A stretch of DNA of 64,000 bases from Camelus dromedarius (lineage: Eukaryota), in contig NC_087437.1 of the NCBI RefSeq assembly GCF_036321535.1, positions 35,218,001 to 35,282,000 of the forward strand, in the 5' to 3' direction. The translations under genes were made by a program, and so were the position numbers. Of this stretch, positions 60,430 to 64,000 are shown piece after piece. Positions within the stretch are counted from its first letter, which is position 1, and every line of letters starts with the position of its first letter. The notes under the pieces were generated by a model. It had not been told where the DNA came from, made no database searches, and saw only the letters and a program-made list of their open reading frames with translations.

Positions 60430-60645
60430 ATTGAAATATAGTTGATTTACAATGTTGTATTAGTTTCTGGTATACAGCATAGTGATTCAGTTATACATGC
60501 ACATATTTATTCTTTTTCATTATTGGTTATTACAAGCTATTGAATATAGTGTCCTGTGCTATACAGTAGGTCCTCCTTGTTTATCTATTTTGTATATAGC
60601 AGTTAGTTTCTGCTAGTTCCAAACTCCTAATTTATCCCTCCCGTC
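60405..60645 (-). mobile_element. L1 3'-end fragment whose tail has become (TA)n
   Basis: aattgaaatatagttgatttacaatgttgtattagtttctggtatacagcatagtgattcagttatacat. Confidence 0.85.
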
Positions 60646-61109
60646 CTTTCTTATAGATACGTATTTTTCTATTTATGCCTTCTCCATCTTTGGGTTGGAA
60701 GGATTTGGGGAGGCTGAGACCCAATTAACCTAGGAAGTTGGAAGAGAAACCACATCAAAGGATATGATGTAACAAGCAGCTGGGCAGAGGACCAGTAAGG
60801 GAGGAACAATTCACATGGAGGATTTATGATATCAAACAGGGTCTTACATGTATGTTTGTGGTAAACATATAGAAAGTCTGAAGTTAAGAGTTTAGGATTA
60901 GGATCCAGGATTGGTGGTTAATTATGAATTTTTCTCAGGGTATACAAACTAAGGAAGTTCTTATCCTTTGGGATGGTTTTGGGAGGTGGCTTCTAGGTTC
61001 CTTATGCTGCTTTCTGCTACAAGGGTGGAGAAATGGCACAACAGTTCCCCTTCTTTCAGCTATACTCTCTCATCTTGTTAAAAGCTCCAAAATGAAGAGT
61101 GTTAATAAT

Positions 61110-61400
61110 GACAAAACACGCTTCTGAAATTCTCCCGAAACTGCTCCTCCCACAACCTGCCCTAACTTACATAATGACAACTTTTTTTCTGGAGTTGCTC
61201 AGGCCAAAAACCTTGTGTCATTTAATTTTTCCCTTTCACCCTTAAATCCAGTCTGTCAGGAAATCCTTTTAGTGTTTCAGAAAGTATCCAGAATTTCACA
61301 ACTTTTCACATCTCCATTACCATCACCCTGATCAAACCACCATCATATGGCCTGGATTTTTTTTTTTTATTGCATAACCTCCAAATTGGATTTCCCTAAG
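61110..61400 (+). mobile_element. L2 fragment
   Basis: gttgctcaggccaaaaaccttg..aatccagtctgtcaggaaatcct..tatccagaatt..accaccatcat. Confidence 0.65.
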
Positions 61401-62704
61401 ATCCCTAAGGGATTCAGGGCTAAACTACAACCCAACATAATAACTATCTAAATACTTAAAATTTATGAATCACTAACAAAGTTATTTAAAATATGTTCTG
61501 TCCTTCCACTTTAATGTATAATTTAATGTTGAAAAAGTTTTAAAAAATTAATGATTTCTATACGACTGACAGTAAGCAAAAATCAAAGATGACTGGATTA
61601 CTATTGTGTGTGTCTGGGTGCTCTATTAATGGGTAAGTGATATTTGGATGAGCAAAGAAAGACTTTAACTTTTGCATTACTGTGTGTCTATCCTGTAGAT
61701 GTTTCAGCAAAATATATATTTTCATAATCAAGATTTCCATGTAAGTCATGTTCTATTGACCATTTTTATCAAATCAAACCACTTTTGTTGAATCATTGTA
61801 TTTTAAAAATTCATTTCAGTTCAATTTGGAGAAAATTTACTCAGCTGAACTAGTAATAAGTTTTGGAAATGAGCTGTGACTTTTACATATCATGATCAAA
61901 TATTGTAATTGGGGTTGCATATGATACATCATCACTGTTGTAAACAATATTTCAAAATATTTAAATTTCATCTTATGAACTATGATTACTTATATTGCCA
62001 TTTTCAGCATCTCTTGAAACAATATTCTAGAATCTAGATCCAGCATGAATTTTCTGTTTGGACCTGTATAAATAGAAATTTAGAGAGGTATGCATTGTTT
62101 AATATTTCTAGGCATTAAGTATGTGCCTGTTGCAAACCCTGGGCAGTTTATGAGTATCTCAAGAATGATGAACTGGAATACAAAGAGAAGCAGGAAAAGA
62201 ATGCTCAGCACAACTGAGACATAATACTTTGCTGTCTATGGCATTTATGCTCTCCAAGAGGAAGTCAATAAGCTAAGTTGTACATCTCTTAATTAGGCAC
62301 ATACATTGCTCAAATCCTCCCCCCACTCCTAGGCAGTGACTATCTCCCATGTGTACAGCTGTGCACCCCCTAGCCTTGATGGCACTGAAAGCTATCACCT
62401 TTTGTTTGATGCACATAAGGCAAGAGGTGTGATGAAGAGTCTAAAGGGTCTAAAAGGTAGTAGGCAAAGAAGTACATATTTAAGACTGTAGGACGGGCTG
62501 TGCCAGAATTGAGCCTGACTGCTAAGAAAGATACTCAAGGTATTATCATAAATGTACATCTTGTGTATTTGTTTTATGCAGGGCCCTGTCCAACCTGGGG
62601 CCCAGGGCAGGGGCTCCTCTTGCTTGGGTCTAAAGGCAGTATTGCCTATTTCTGCCCCTGACTCCTTTAATCAAAGCAATCCTGTTAAAAAGGAAATTGG
62701 ACTT

Positions 62705-63335
62705 TTGAAAGATACTTGCACCCCAATGTTCACAGCAGCACTGTTTACAACAGCCAAGACATGGAAGCAACCTAAATGTCCATTGACAGATGACTGGATA
62801 AAGAAGTTGTGGTATGTATGTATGTATATGTATGTGTGTGTGTATGTGTGTGTATATATATATATACTCCATTATATATATATGTATATAAAAATAGTAT
62901 ATTATTCAGCCATTAAAACAAATGAAATAATGCTATTAGCAGCAACATGGGTGGACCTAGAGATTATCATACTAGGTGAAGTAAGTCAGACAGAGAAAGA
63001 CAAATATATGATATCACCTACATGTGGAATCTAAAAAATGACTCACATGAACTTATTTACAAAACAGAAACAGACTCACAGACGTAGAAAACAAACTTAT
63101 GGTTATGAGGGGGAAGGGGGTGGGAAGGGATAAACTGGGAGTTTAAGATTTGTAGATACTAATTATAAAATATAAAATATAAACAAACAAGGTCACAGGG
63201 GACTATATCCAATAGCTTTTAATAATCTATAATGAAAAACAATGTATATATGTATGACTGAATCACTATGCTTATACCAGAAACTAACACAACACTGTAA
63301 ATCAACTCTACTTCAATAAAAAAATTTAAAAAATA
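62705..63335 (+). mobile_element. L1 3' end (ORF2 C-terminal remnant, 3'UTR and poly(A)) with an internal microsatellite
   Basis: Translates as KDTCTPMFTAALFTTAKTWKQPKCP..WIKKLWY..YYSAIK.NEI..AATWVDLE (L1 ORF2 C-terminus); ends cttcaataaaaaaa. Confidence 0.92.
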
Positions 63336-63459
63336 GAATTCTGAAAAAAGAGTCCAAGTGTTCATCAGTAGGAAAATTATTTCAATAATTAATGGTAGAT
63401 CCTAAAATAAATTCTGTTCCTTGAAAAACCAACAAACAAAAAAACCCAAACAAACAAAA

Positions 63460-63810
63460 AAATGAAGTTTGATCATCTTACTCCTCTACTCAAAGCCTCT
63501 TGAAGCTCTGGAAGCTCCCATCTCATCCTGAGTAGAAGGTGAATCCTTACAGTGACCAGACAGGCCCCATGTGATCTGACCCTTGCTTTCCCTCCAACTT
63601 CATCTCCTGCCATCTCCTCTGCGCTCACTTGGGACATTGCTCTCAATGCCATTCTTCAAATCCACCAAGCGTATTTCCACTTCAGGTTTTGCAGGTATCA
63701 TTCTACCTAAATGGCTCTTATCCCAGGTAAAGGCATTTCCGGCCCCTTCCTCTCTCTTAAGCCTTTATTCAAATATCGCCTTTTCAGTAAGGCCTTCTTC
63801 GACCACTGAA
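63460..63810 (+). mobile_element. L2 fragment
   Basis: gatcatcttactcctctactcaaagcc..tccttacagtgacc..aggccccatgtgatctgacc..aaggccttcttcgaccac. Confidence 0.65.
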
Positions 63811-63869
63811 TTTTATTTTTTTATTAAAAAAAAGTTTTTTAAGGCCAAATCTGGGGAAATTTATTGTAT

Positions 63870-64000
63870 TTCTTTAATTGAAGTATTGTCAGTTACAGTG
63901 TGTCAATTTCTGGTGTACAGCATACTGTTTCAGTCATACATACACAAACATATTCATTTTCTTTTTCATTATAGGTTACTATAAGATACTGAATATAGTT
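63870..64000 (-). mobile_element. L1 3'-end fragment (runs off the window)
   Basis: aattgaagtattgtcagttacagtgtgtcaatttctggtgtacagcatactgtttcagtcatacat. Confidence 0.85.

Noticed and set aside
62552..63034. 160-aa ORF
   Set aside because: It is the decayed C-terminus of L1 ORF2 read through a microsatellite, not a host gene.

Overview
Mammalian genomic DNA, almost certainly from a camelid (alpaca/llama/camel), judged from several copies of the tRNA-derived vic-1-type SINE. The only protein-coding gene I can support is OTOL1 (otolin-1), the inner-ear short-chain collagen with a C-terminal C1q domain. It lies on the + strand in four coding exons: 49474-49816, 53857-53946, 56900-56971 and 57626-58515. 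These join to a 1395-nt CDS (464 aa); all three introns are GT-AG and phase 1, and the poly(A) signal is at about 58820. The first ~49 kb is gene-poor upstream sequence dominated by interspersed repeats (L1, L2, MIR, MaLR/ERVL LTRs, MER DNA transposons, vic-1 SINEs) with a few candidate regulatory elements. Almost all other ORFs in the supplied track look spurious. I found no evidence of a new multi-gene system. The best leads are: a splice acceptor 8 nt before the OTOL1 ATG (implying a non-coding upstream exon), a vic-1/L1 chimeric insertion with a single TSD pair, apparent lineage-specific indels and a second RGD in otolin-1, a CpG-rich last exon, a CTCF site, and candidate otic enhancer motif clusters. 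Repeat subfamily names and comparisons with human OTOL1 come from recall, not from searches, and repeat boundaries are approximate.
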